From positions 6,678,864 to 6,742,863 of the forward strand of contig CM121342.1 in assembly GCA_051530055.1 (NCBI GenBank): DNA of 64,000 nucleotides, written 5' to 3'. Source of the DNA: Neoechinorhynchus agilis. Taxonomy: Eukaryota; Animalia; Acanthocephala. Both the position numbers and the translations under genes were made by a program. Positions 1 to 10,996 of this stretch are shown here, in pieces. Below the pieces are notes generated by a model. That model was not told the origin of the DNA. It did not search any database and saw only the letters and a list, made by a program, of their open reading frames with translations. The number at the start of each line of letters is the position of its first letter. The stretch's first letter is position 1.

Positions 1-130
1 TCTCCTCGTTGCCTTTTTCATTCATCATTTCATCAATTATTTCTAAAATACGCGATTCACGAATTTCATTGGCTGTTATTGGCCGCCTCATAAACTCTCC
101 GATATTAGCTCGCGCGTACATCCAATTGAC

Positions 131-1210
131 ATTCTCTGTCGCGCTCAGACAGCTATCAATTAGGTCAACAACATGAACCTTTTTGCACCGCACGCTTCTC
201 GGCCCAGCTCATAGAGCTTTCAATTATGTCGCACCATCATGAACCTCTTTTACTACATTCTTCTCTGTCGCGCTCAGACAGCTATCAATTAGGTCAACAA
301 CATGAACCTTTTTGCACCGCACGCTTCTCGGCCCAGCTCTTAGAGCTTTCAATTATGTCGCACCATCATGAACCTCTTTTACTACATTCTTCTCTGTCGC
401 GCTCAGACAGCTATCAATTAGGTCAACAACAATAACCTTTTTGCAGCGCACGCTTCTCGGCCCAGCTCATAGAGATTTCAATTATGTCGACCCATCATGA
501 ACCCTTCTTTACTACATTCTTCTCTGTCGCGCTCAGAGAGCTATAAATTAGGTCAAAAACATGACCCTTTTTGCACCGCACGCTTCTCGGCCCAGCTCAT
601 AGAGCTTTCAATTATGTCACACCATCATGAACCCTTTTTTACCACATTCTTCTCTGTCGCGCTCAGAGAGCTGTCAATTAGGTCAACAAACTGAACCTTT
701 TTGCACCGCACGCTTCTCTGCCCAGCTCATAGAGCTTTCAATTGAGTCACGCCATCATGAACCGTTTTTTACCACATTCTTCTCTGTCGCGCTCAGAGAG
801 CTATCAATTAGGTCAACAACATGAACCTTTTTGCACCGCACGCTTCTCGGCCCAGCTCATAGAGCTTTCAATTATGTCGCACCATCATGAACCCTCTTTT
901 ACCACATTCTTCTCTGTCGCGCTCAGACAGCTATCAATTAGGTCAACAACATTAGCCTTTTTGCACCGTACGCTTCTCGGCCCAGCTCATAGTGCTTTCA
1001 ATTATGTCGCACCATCATGAACCCTTTTTTACCACATTCTTCTCTGTCGCGCTCAGAGAGCTATCAATTAGGTCAACAACAATAACCATTTTGCAGCGCA
1101 CGCTTCTCGGCCCAGCTCATAGAGCTTTCAATTATGTCACACCATCATGAACCCTTTTTTACTACATTCTTCTCTGTCGCGCTCAGACAGCTATCAATTA
1201 GGTCAACAAG
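131..1210. repeat. Tandem satellite, ~130-bp unit, about 8.3 copies; the unit is a dimer of ~65-bp subrepeats
   Basis: The motif tctctgtcgcgctcag recurs at 133, 262, 391, 521, 651, 781, 911, 1041 and 1171 (period 129-130). The two halves of the unit align: cagctatcaattaggtcaacaacatgaacc vs gagctttcaattatgtcgcaccatcatgaacc. Confidence 0.95.
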
Positions 1211-1217
1211 ATTTACC

Positions 1218-2562
1218 TAGAATTGTTGTTCATACCACTCAAGTTTTTCAAGAACTATCGTTGAATCTAATTTTAAACCTTAGTGAAGTGCAAACTCAGC
1301 CGCGGTCACTAGCGAAATGATAGTAGAGCCGGAGAAAAACAGAAACAAATACCATTAGAGAGTTTGAAGTTATCCCACAGCTTGAAAACGACTTTAGCAT
1401 TGTGTGGATCTTTCATAACAGATTTAAGGGCAGTTAATTTTTCGAATTTTCGTTGGATTTGAACAGAAGTACGAGTTGGCATTTTTCGTTCGAGTTCATG
1501 GTAATCGATGCGATCTTTTCGGATATGTTCCGCCATTATATCCAAAAGATGGTTCGTCTCTTGGATCGTCCATGTACCTCGAATTCCTTTTCGAGGGAGA
1601 TGTCTATAATAAGTGTAAAGAGTTTCGCGTGTTCGGGATTGAAACTCATAAGCGACACTCTTCCTGGGGATATAACACCCAATACTTCTCTCGATCGATA
1701 ATATTCATTAATCTGTCGCTTTCCTCCTTGCTGAGCTTAGTTGAATGTTTCTTTGAATCAGTAAGAGCGAATTGTTTTGCGCATTGAAAAGCGGATCTTC
1801 TTTTGTCCGGGCGACTTAATCGAGCAGCGATCTTCGGCCAGTCATGGCTCATACGAGCATTTAGAGAACTCATGCCAAACAATGCTCAACAGTTCTGCGG
1901 CTTCCTCCTTGGTCCAAGTATTTTTCAATCTTATGTCGAACTCAAGAATCCAAGAGTTTCTGCAGCAATAAGCACTCCACGGTCCATTCACTGTTCTACT
2001 AACAACATTCCAATCAACAAGGTCGACGTAATTTGTAGAAGTAGAAGACTCGAGTTCATCAATAAAATCAACATCCGATAGATTTGAGAGGTGGGGAAAT
2101 CGAATTCGGGGTTGATTAACAACAATTTCTTGCAATGTCGTGATACAAGCAAGCGACCGTGCGCGTTCAGCTATCAAATAGTGGAAGTCGTTAAGTTCCA
2201 AAAAAGGGATCGTCGACATCTATCGCATTGATTACTGTATTTTTACATAAATGATCTCGAAGAAAATATCCTGTCTAGCAATCTCTTCTTCTTTAGCTTT
2301 ATATTGATGTCCCAAGTAACATATAAAATCATCCAGTTCAGTCAACTTTTTATCGATTATTTCATGACATGAAAGATTTGAAATCAACAATTCCTCGACA
2401 GCAACACGAGCTTCTTCGGAAAGTGGAATCTGTGATTGGTCAACGCAAAGACTGGAACCTATATTCGAATCGTCTTGCGGATTTCATGCTTATTGCCGCA
2501 AAATCGAACTCAATCTTTCCAGTTGTTTTTAGCATAGTTTTACCTCGTGAACCACGTTTCAT
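1218..2562 (-). pseudogene. SNAPC4: Frameshifted, 3'-truncated inverted copy of SNAPC4/SNAP190 Myb gene
   Basis: Near-identical reverse complement of 60458-61843. It carries a 55-nt deletion (equivalent to 60762-60816), a +1 near 2210, a 13-nt insertion near 1850 and a +1 near 1690. These split it into the ORF-track pieces 1842-2219, 1646-1882 and 1309-1545. Confidence 0.88.
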
Positions 2563-3117
2563 CTTGAAGTAATTTTCAAGCCGAATAGATTTGTTAACCG
2601 AAAATCTCTATTAGTCGTCGCCGACAAATCACATGGAGCAACATTGGGAGGAGAAGTCTAATTTTATCGAACGGACGTTGCGATAAGTAACGCATTAAGC
2701 AAATTTTAAAAGAATTTGTAATCGATATTTCGTGATCTTCAATCTTTACAACTTGAGAAATGATATGCCGAAATTTGATAAAAAATACAACGAAAATGAT
2801 AACAGTGTTATGTAGGAAAAGGTGAAATTCAATTAGATAAAACACAGATAATAATTCCGATAAATATTAAAATCAATTCTGATTATATCTTCAGAAAGAT
2901 TTAAATTGGTTCAGAAGATTGAGGTGGCTTCTTAAATACAAAAAGCTTCTTTATTTACGATAAAGAGAAAAACAACGCCAAATAATGACATTCGTTAGTT
3001 TTTTGTGCTTTTCATCTTTTGTGGGAATTAATTATTTGAGAAATTAAAAACGACCATTGCCTGCGTGTATCCCCAGCGTACAAAGTAGGTTAAATTCAAG
3101 ATATGGGAAAATAAAGT

Positions 3118-5440
3118 TAACAAAAGTTCATAATAAAAAAGAGCTACAAATTTAATTATGACATCCCGACGTTGCCAGTATACTGGCAGCATTCCCTCGC
3201 TGTATCGCAATTGCGATTCGTTGAGCGAGGAAATTTCTCGAGCGCGGTTCCCCCGTCAACCTTTTCGTCCCAAATCGTTGAGGAGAGTGAGCGCTGATGG
3301 TCCCAAGGCTCCATACGTTTCCACGGCAAAAGGGACGAAATGGTAATTCCTTTGGAGCTCTCTATATTTTGAACGCTTTCGTTCCTCAGCTACGACCGCT
3401 GAACCTCCAGGGCTCTTTTTTGAAATCGGAAAATTAGCTGGGTCGCATCCCATAAAAGCGGTTTTCCCTCCCGCCATGGAAAAACCGTGACACCGTCAGG
3501 TCGCTTGCTTTATAGGCGGCATAAATTACTCGGCTCTAGAATATTGGGACACGTGAACGGAATCTAGGGCTTTACTCAAAATTGGGAGTTCAATTCTTAG
3601 TTTCTTGGAAACTTCCCTCTGGACATTTTACAACAGAGGCCGTGTCTTAAATTAGCGTCAACTATAAAGCCGCAGCGACAGCGATGCGGGATACAAATAT
3701 CCTGGCCCAATCTTAAAGAAACTGCGACCCTTAACGTAGAATCCTCTAGAAGAGTTCCGATTGTCGGGGTGGGGAGAGCATTTAGCCAGGCTCCGATTCC
3801 TTTGTAGAGAACGCCGCAAGACGAACTTGGGGAACCTCGTCGAGAAGATCGTTAAAGGATTTGTGAATCTTCTTTATGAGGGGAAGGTCCCAGGCCGACT
3901 GCCTGTGGTCATTTTCCGGAAGGTGCGGGATCTCTGTCCGGGATTGCCAGATCGATAAACCGTCCAAATAATGTTGGGAGTTTTGTTTCATGTTGCAAAG
4001 TCCGCGTACGTTTTGCTGGCTCGGTAAGGGCGAGGAACGCTGGAAGGGCTAAATCAGACACTGCGCGGATGCCGAGGCGGCCAAAAGAGGTTGGGAACGT
4101 AGCCAGCCGCCAGCCCGTATCCGTAATATTTATATTAAAAAGTTTCTTTAAAAAAGAACGTAAAACCCCGTCGAGATCCGATAAAACTCTTTTCTCCCCG
4201 AAACACGGAGCAGCTCTCAACTTATACATCAATTTGGGGATGTATATGCAATTCTTTAAAAGGAAGAAGGCTTCGTGCGCCGACAGCTCACATGCTCTTG
4301 TGCATAATAATTCGAGCTTCGGTATGTGGGCCTCGAGGTCCTTTGAGACATTTTCGGCGAAAATGGGGCTTCCGAGGAGATTAAATTCGTATTTTGTAAC
4401 CTCGCGCACCCTGGGAGCAACTTGCCGAAAATCTGGGATGATCGTCGAACGTGAACTGCCATCGAATCCCTGAAAAAGGATTTCGCATTTTTCGAAATTC
4501 AGTTTGAGGCCCAAGTTTTCTGCTTCGCTTATAATCGTTTGTAAGTCCCCTAAAAAATCCTGGGGATTACCGCTGAGTGTGGCGTCATCCAGGTACCAGC
4601 CGTTGAAATGAGAAATTAGTGATTGTACCAATTCATTTATTGTACACGCGAATCCAATTGGACCAAGGGGGTCACCCTGCTGAAATCCACATTGGGCCAA
4701 ATAATCTGATTTTTGTATAGAAGAGGGTTTTATTGGAGTAGGCCGATAAAAAGTAGGGGTAGCTTTCAGGGATAAAATCTTTGATGGAATCCAACATTTT
4801 CTCTCTGAGGAAGGAGTTGAAGGCGTTTTTAAAATCTAACTTTAAGACGACCAAAGGAGCCTTTGCTACTTCAAGATGGTCGCGGAGTACGTGAGTAATG
4901 GCTTCGGCACCACAAGATGTGCAGCATCCTAGCTGGAAAGGCCTCAACACCCCCCCCCAATTTCTGCGAAACTTTCTTACATATTATTTTAGCTGCAAGT
5001 CTCCGAAGAGTGCAGCCGATGGCGATGGGACGAATCCCGCCATCTTTTTTCGAAAGCCCACAAAGAGAAGCCGAGAAGAAAAGCCGGATTACGAATTCGC
5101 TAAAGAACCCCAATCACTCTGACCAGAGGAGATTCCAGAAGTTTACCCGCAACACAGGTCGAGAAGGATAACATATCCTTTAGGTGTTGAGGGCGCAAAC
5201 CGTCAGGTCCGTGTCATGAAGCGTTGGCGAAGGAGGAAATAGCTTTTTTAAATTCATTGAGGCAAGTTGGGTCCGGCGCTACTTGTGGAAAGTTAAACAC
5301 CGTCGCTCCATTAAAATTGGGGTGCTTATTTTAAAGAGCCTGATACGTGGCTTCATGGTTGGGGGCGAAATCTTCGGTTGAGGCTAAAAGTCGAACAGCT
5401 CCGCGGATGTCTCCATCAGATAATTTTGCCGAAACTCGCT
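3118..5440 (-). mobile_element. Degenerate, 5'-truncated CRE-clade non-LTR retrotransposon (RT + restriction-like endonuclease), family A
   Basis: Motifs across broken frames: KLSDGDIRGAVRLL, GPDGLRPQHLKD, KKDGGIRPIAIG, QLGCCTSCGAEA, LDFKNAFN, QQGDPLGP, WYLDD, RPDGVTVFPWREGKPLLWDAT, FVPFAVETYG, IAIQRGNA. Contains stops, frameshifts and internal deletions. Confidence 0.9.
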
Positions 5441-5527
5441 CAATTTTATATACGGCGGAAAAATTAAAAGAATTTATCGATTTCGATATTTCGGCATAAT
5501 ATTGTGTCTTTATCAAGATTTCTTGTT
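5441..5527. mobile_element. One arm of the foldback/MITE-like element (partial copy of 59685-59890)
   Basis: tatacggcggaaaaattaaaa...gatatttcggcataatattgtgtctttatcaagatttcttgt is the reverse complement of 59805-59894. Confidence 0.8.
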
Positions 5528-5689
5528 ATTTCGAAACCAAATATTGCTACGAATTGAAAATCTGCTTGACTACGATCCGATATTATAGCGTCTTCTAGTC
5601 ATCGCTAAAGAACTGTTGCCAAACCAGATTTTAAAGTTGGTCTACTTTCCCATTTGTTTAAATGCTTTTCAATAATTTGTTCTTGCTCA

Positions 5690-5850
5690 AAAATCTTCGG
5701 GAAGTGGAATCTGTGCTTTGCCAACATGCAAAGATTGGCACTTCTGTTAGAATCATCTTATGAATTCCATGCGATTTGCTGCAAAATGGATCTCTCAATC
5801 TTTCCATTGGTTCATTTACCAGGAATCATCTATAAGAAATCTTCAAAATG
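5690..5850 (-). pseudogene. SNAPC4: Older diverged fragment of SNAPC4 5' coding region
   Basis: The minus-strand frame reads GKIERSILQQIAWNS*DDSN, versus GKIESSILQQYAWNPQDDSN in the intact copy. The DNA aligns with 2405-2560. Confidence 0.7.
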
Positions 5851-6306
5851 AGTACGTTTTTGAATCGAAAATATACATTACTCCTCAACAGCAAATAAAA
5901 TAATTAAACCAATGAAAGCAGAGTAAAGTATACAAATGACAACATGGCGCAATATTCGGGCAGAGCCAATAAGCGGCTGCGTTTTGACTCAAACAAAGGC
6001 CATTACTGCCGAGTATTCTTATCCGAATAAACAATACAGCCTTCGTTTAATTTTGTTGGGCAAAATTTAAGAGGTAATCTCTTTATTCGGATTACGATTC
6101 AGCTATTTTCTTAATTTGAATTTTTCGTTTGTTAACAACTCAGATTTCTATAACACGCCATAACTTGAAATAAAGTCAACCAATTTACTGTCTATTAAGT
6201 CTTTGAGTCCAATTTCAATAAAGAACGATTGATTTTTGTGTAAACAACGATCATCGCAATCAAACCAAAACAAAGAGTCTACTAATATATTAAACTAAAT
6301 ATCGTA

Positions 6307-7683
6307 TCAATCCTTCTCAGATTGTTTCTCGGAACGATCTTTCTCAGCCTGAACTTCTGCACTTATCCGCGCGGCAGATATTAACATTGAATTCAATGTA
6401 GGCGTCCAATTCATCGATGGAACATTCGATGTCAGTTTATTGCTTTGCTGGATTAATTCGCTTTGGGCCGACGATAAATTTATTAATCTGCCGAGGGTTT
6501 GTAGTGTTTCTTCTAAGAAGGGCGAGGGTTTCAAAGGTTCAGTTGCACTTCGGTTTAAAGTGCTCGATTCTTGCATTCTGGTTCTCCGTGATTTTGTTCG
6601 TGGTTGTTGCTCAATTTGGTCTAACGGCACTCCGCGCTTTAAAGATTTTTGCCCTTGCTTAATTGAAGAACATTTAAGATCTCCTGTTCGCATCACCGCT
6701 TTTTTAGTTTTAACGGCTGAACTTGTTTTTGCATCCAAAAAACCTTCGATAATCGCACAGGATTTACAATAGTAAAGATCATTTCGACGGTATCGGATTC
6801 GACTTACAACAACTTTGCACCGATTGCATTGACGTTGAACTTTTGCTCGTTTCGCCCGCGTAGAACTTGTTTCCGGGTGCTTGCGTTTTGTCGGTTCAAT
6901 GGTTCTTTTGTTGAACGCTTCATTGAAATTATCTTCATTCTGGCCTTGACGTTGCTTGACAGCAATATTCGTTTGGTCTTTTGGAATACTGGCTTCTATG
7001 CATTTCTCACAAAGACAGAGTCCACAATAATCAAACAATTTAGAAATTTCACTCATTCCACATTTAATGCAACATCGAATATCGCCAGTGTCTCCAGTCT
7101 TGTCTTCTAATTCTGGGTTCTGCTTCACTCGCTTTTTAGTATCTTCAATGTCGGTGTGAATTTCTACGGCGCCGTCAACTCTGTTCTCAATCTTTATCTT
7201 TCCCGCTTTTTTCGCATCGATACTTGTAACGGAATCATCGTTCAATACACATTTTACACTCACATTCGCAATCTTGCTTACATTGAGAAGCATTTTTAAA
7301 CCGCTCAATCTTTCTGCCAAAGTTTCGTTGGTTTCTTTAAGTTCAACGTCCAGCAATCCCTGACGAGATATTTCTAGCCCTTGATTCACTTTTGGTTCAC
7401 TGTCATGGCCGTCAATAATTTTGATATCGGTAAGATCGATTTGTTCAGTTGTTGACCTTTCTCGCTCTGCGTTCTCAAGCTTGTTGTCCACTTGAGCAAG
7501 AATTTCTTGAAGAACTTCAATAATCTCAGGATTCATTGTATAGTTTGCTGTTCTGAATATTAACTTAATAGATATTTTCGTTGAGGATTGGAGAATTGTG
7601 AGATGTTCGTAGTAATGCTCGTTAGCAATTGTAAATGTATTGGATACGCTTTTATTCTTTTCGCCATAACCCAAATATAACAA
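6307..7683 (-). CDS. Orphan intronless protein (458-aa ORF; likely start MNPEII at 7537) with two Cys clusters
   Basis: A 1.38-kb stop-free frame in AT-rich DNA. Cys clusters CCIKC-x9-CGLCLCEKC and CNRC-x16-CKSC; N-terminal coiled-coil-like segment. No family recognised. Confidence 0.65.
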   Translation of the reverse strand: MLYLGYGEKNKSVSNTFTIANEHYYEHLTILQSSTKISIKLIFRTANYTMNPEIIEVLQEILAQVDNKLENAERERSTTEQIDLTDIKIIDGHDSEPKVNQGLEISRQGLLDVELKETNETLAERLSGLKMLLNVSKIANVSVKCVLNDDSVTSIDAKKAGKIKIENRVDGAVEIHTDIEDTKKRVKQNPELEDKTGDTGDIRCCIKCGMSEISKLFDYCGLCLCEKCIEASIPKDQTNIAVKQRQGQNEDNFNEAFNKRTIEPTKRKHPETSSTRAKRAKVQRQCNRCKVVVSRIRYRRNDLYYCKSCAIIEGFLDAKTSSAVKTKKAVMRTGDLKCSSIKQGQKSLKRGVPLDQIEQQPRTKSRRTRMQESSTLNRSATEPLKPSPFLEETLQTLGRLINLSSAQSELIQQSNKLTSNVPSMNWTPTLNSMLISAARISAEVQAEKDRSEKQSEKD

Positions 7684-7769
7684 ACAATTATTTATTTTGC
7701 TTATTTATTGATGACTATTTGCTGTAATTTCGCGATTATTATATAGTTTTACGAATCACTTGTTGATTA

Positions 7770-7967
7770 TCACCGCTGCTCGCATTTGCGAGAAATTATG
7801 TAAACCGTCGATCGTGTTTCCGGTTCGGTTCTTTTCGCGATCATCATTTGATTATCAATGAAACTTAAATCGACGACACTTTTTGTAAGCCCAATAATGG
7901 TTTGATTGCATAGTTGATAAAATTTTCGTGCGGCGATTTCATTTAAAAAACAATACTTAATTTCCAT
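7770..7967 (-). CDS. Short hypothetical ORF (65 aa)
   Basis: ATG-initiated, plausible composition, co-oriented just upstream of the 458-aa ORF. No homology recognised. Confidence 0.3.
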   Translation of the reverse strand: MEIKYCFLNEIAARKFYQLCNQTIIGLTKSVVDLSFIDNQMMIAKRTEPETRSTVYIISRKCEQR

Positions 7968-8336
7968 TCATTGCATCCACATTAATTTTTTCATACGAGA
8001 ACGCCACTTTACGAACATTTTTATTCTGATTTTCTTGTCGACATTATCAACATCACTGTTTAATAAACAAACGAATTTTCTTCATCAGGTCTCTAGGTTT
8101 ACAGTTTCATTAAGTACTCATAACTTTGTAACTTTTCATTTTGTCTTCGAACAAAAAGCCTATGACGATTAATTGATTTCTATTTTTGAAGACTGGCCAG
8201 CGGGCAATTTTTCTTTATCTATGTTCGGCCTTTTTCACGGCTGATAATTTTCCTTGGGCCCACAGCCCACTGATCTGGTTCACGGAGGCGCATAAAATCA
8301 CATAATACCCGGATTTTCAGTGGCCGATTTTAAAAC

Positions 8337-8421
8337 CGTGAAGTATTTTTTATAAAGAAATAAATAATCTTATGTTTTATTTCTGCTTATCTTTGTGCAC
8401 TCAGCTACCACTTTTAAACTT
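8337..8421. repeat. Left copy of ~85-bp inverted repeat pair (partner ~10910-10996)
   Basis: The reverse complement of ...aatcttatgttttatttctgcttatctttgtgcactcagctaccacttttaaacttt matches aaagtttaaaagtggtagctgagtgcacaaagataagtagaattaaaacataagatt at ~10913. Confidence 0.85.
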
Positions 8422-8521
8422 TAAATAGTCCAAAAATTAAAATAAGAGCCGAAAATGTTGATTAAGCACTATAGTAACTCTAAATGGTTTGAAAGCTTTG
8501 AAGCTTCTTTTGGAAGTAACA

Positions 8522-9066
8522 ATGCCGCCAAAAAGAAGAAATAGAAGAAAAAATGCCAGGATCAACACTAAGACAAAAATAATAAAATCTCCTTCGCTAA
8601 AACTTGTACGATGTCGCTTTTATAGATAAAGAGTTCAGAAAGTAAAATGCTTTCCTATAGGTTGAAAATCAGATCGTTAAACTAAAAACTGAATTGGCTG
8701 CTGTAAATGAAGGAGGAAAATATTACAAACTGCGTGTTCGGGACGCTGAACGAGTTATTGGCGAACTAAGCGAACGATATTCAAAGCCATCATCTCATAT
8801 TAATATGCAACCAACATTAGAAGTTATTTCGTTTAAAAAGTTTAAATACCAGTAAATTCGGAAATTTATAGGCCATTGCGAAGCATTTTAAAAAATTGCA
8901 AGTTTCCTGAAAGGACGAATTAGAAGAGACTGAAAATAAGAGACGGGAACTGCTGAGTAATGTGATTTGCTGTGACCAGCGAGTTTGGAACGATCTTCTA
9001 AAACAAAGACTGATAACAATAACCAGTGAAATCGAAGGGACTGTGTTGAATGCATTTTTGAAATAA
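8522..9066 (+). pseudogene. Three-exon coiled-coil gene with one in-frame TGA (8908-8910)
   Basis: Exon 8522-8605 MPPKRRNRRK..., GT-AG intron 8606-8660, exon 8661-8822, GT-AG intron 8823-8871, exon 8872-9066 AIAKHFKKLQVS*KDELEETENKRRELL...FLK*. Both introns are phase 0. Confidence 0.6.
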
Positions 9067-9214
9067 AATTTCAAGATCACGCACAGCTTTGAGTTTCCGA
9101 CAATCGCCTCTGCACCAAAAACTGTTCAGCAATCTAACTAAATGGGGCGAAGCAGCATCCCTATTTTTCCGCGATCTTTTTATTTAAAATTTTTGCTGTT
9201 AAGCGGCGCAGAGT

Positions 9215-9700
9215 TGTTCCAATTGCGATGGAACGAATCCCACCTTCCTTTTTGCGAGGGCACACAAAGATGCGCCGAAAAATAACTCAATTGCTTTCGG
9301 AATCAAGTCTCACCATGCAAATTGACCGACTAAGCGTTCCAATGCAATTTCAAGAGACTGAGCAGCGTCACATACTGAAAAGGAAGTCATATCCTTTAGG
9401 TGTTTTGGCCGCAACCCGTCTAGCCTGGGAGCTGATCCGTTAGCAAAAGAAGATATTACCATCTTCATTTCTGATTTCGATGATAAAATATAAGGGATCG
9501 TATCGAAGAAGGAGGATTTAACGAAAAACTACCGTCCGCCGACAATCGGAAGTTTGGAACGAAGAGTTTGTTAGGTTTATTCGTTATCTTTGGCGAGACT
9601 ATCGATTGAAAATAAAAGACGAACTGCTCCTCTGATATCTCCGCCTGCGAGCTTTGAAGAAACGCTTCCAGCAAGCGACCGATTTGAGTTTCGGCGATGG
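9215..9700 (-). mobile_element. CRE-clade retrotransposon internal fragment (pre-RT/RT start)
   Basis: Minus strand reads ISSFANGSAPRLDGLRPKHLKDM...FGASLCALAKKEGGIRSIAIG, homologous to 5000-5240. Confidence 0.75.
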
Positions 9701-10044
9701 TAACGCTCCTGGACACACTTCCTTTATTTTAATTATTTAAAAATTCGATATGTTAAATATGTTAACTGCATGTTGAATAGATTGGAAAAACCTAAGATAA
9801 ATCGTTTTATTGTATTTTTAGAGGGTAACGGAATTACTGAATTTTTAATCCAAAATTTTGCGCGATTTTTGTGTATAAGAAATTAACGGATTTATCGTCG
9901 GTCCAAAACCATACGGAGGCGTCCTCTACCAAGAACACACAACAAAATATCTTCTTTACTAACCAAAAACTTAAAATTTGGTTTACTAAAAGTCACTCAA
10001 GTGGTGAATGTGGAAGTTAAATTTGAACTTTTCTCAGCGCACCG

Positions 10045-10863
10045 GTGAAAAAAGTAATGTATTACTCATACATTCATCCTTCACGAGTTATCTCGATTTT
10101 TCGTCGTCGTTCATCCGCAATGCTTCTTGTGCTTTTCTTAAATATTCTATTATTAATAATTCCACTAAGTCTTGTTTCAATGGAACAGCATGGAAAAGAA
10201 CCGAAATGCGAGATAACGCACTCGCATCCTATTTTAGCCTTTGGAATACGATGTTACGAAAATGATTCTGTTGGGAAAATGGAATCGATTATTAATTTAT
10301 TACGATCCGCTCAACGCAATCAAGAAAATTTTGTATTTAGTAATGTCGATCTTAAAGATATTCCGCAATATTTTGTTTTGTTATTTCCTCGAGTCGTAAA
10401 GGTAACTGTCCTTCATGAATACGAACAATCATACAGATCGTCAGTACTGAGCAATTCTTTACTTTATAAACTCAAACGTGTAAAAGAGTTAAATATAAAG
10501 AGAACTGGAATTGTTAAGATTCAAGAGGACGCTTTTAAAGAATTTATGAGTCTTGTTCGACTTAGTTTGAGTTTCAACAGTATATCAGTAATTCCTGCCC
10601 AATTCATACGGCAATTATCGCTATTGGAAATACTTCGTTTATCGAACAATATGCTAACAAGTGAAAGTATAAATGTTATTAGCAGACTACGATACCTGAA
10701 ACTATTGGATTTAAGTTATAATTTGATTGATCATTTTGGTTAATCGCGCTCCGGCTATTTTTACTATCTTGAGGAATTGTACATAGTTGGTAATCCAATT
10801 AAATCCGTAGACAAAATGGAATCGTTTAAAAATCTAATTGACCGAGCTTTAATGGGGACTTAA
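10045..10863 (+). CDS. Secreted/extracellular leucine-rich-repeat protein; frameshift near 10740 (possible pseudogene)
   Basis: Signal-like MLLVLFLNILLLIIPLSLVS (ATG 10120). LRRs LVRLSLSFNSI, LEILRLSNNML, LKLLDLSYNLI. A further LRR (LEELYIVGNPI) follows in a shifted frame after 10743. Confidence 0.8.
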
Positions 10864-10909
10864 GTATTTTGGCCAATACGTACATATTCGGTGTTTTTCC
10901 ATTGCTGGA

Positions 10910-10996
10910 GAAAGTTTAAAAGTGGTAGCTGAGTGCACAAAGATAAGTAGAATTAAAACATAAGATTACTTATTTTTTTTTAAAAAATAATTCACG
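10910..10996. repeat. Right copy of ~85-bp inverted repeat pair (partner 8337-8421)
   Basis: Direct reverse-complement match with a few substitutions. Confidence 0.85.

Noticed and set aside
190-203. cgcttctcggcc in the 130-bp unit matches the U2 snRNA 5' end
   Set aside because: The match is only 12 nt. The following U2 sequence (ttttggctaagatcaagtgtagta) is absent, and the motif has a degenerate twin in the other half-unit.
226-1020. ORFs within the 130-bp satellite
   Set aside because: The period of 129-130 shifts frame between units, and there is no splice or domain evidence.
131-1210. CRISPR array (also considered for the 204-bp and 318-bp arrays)
   Set aside because: Units are conserved along their whole length with no unique spacers, there are no cas genes, and the context is eukaryotic.
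8908-8910. Reassigned genetic code (TGA as sense)
   Set aside because: Long genes read through in the standard code and several end in TGA (63484, putative 32488). Other internal stops lie in decayed transposons.
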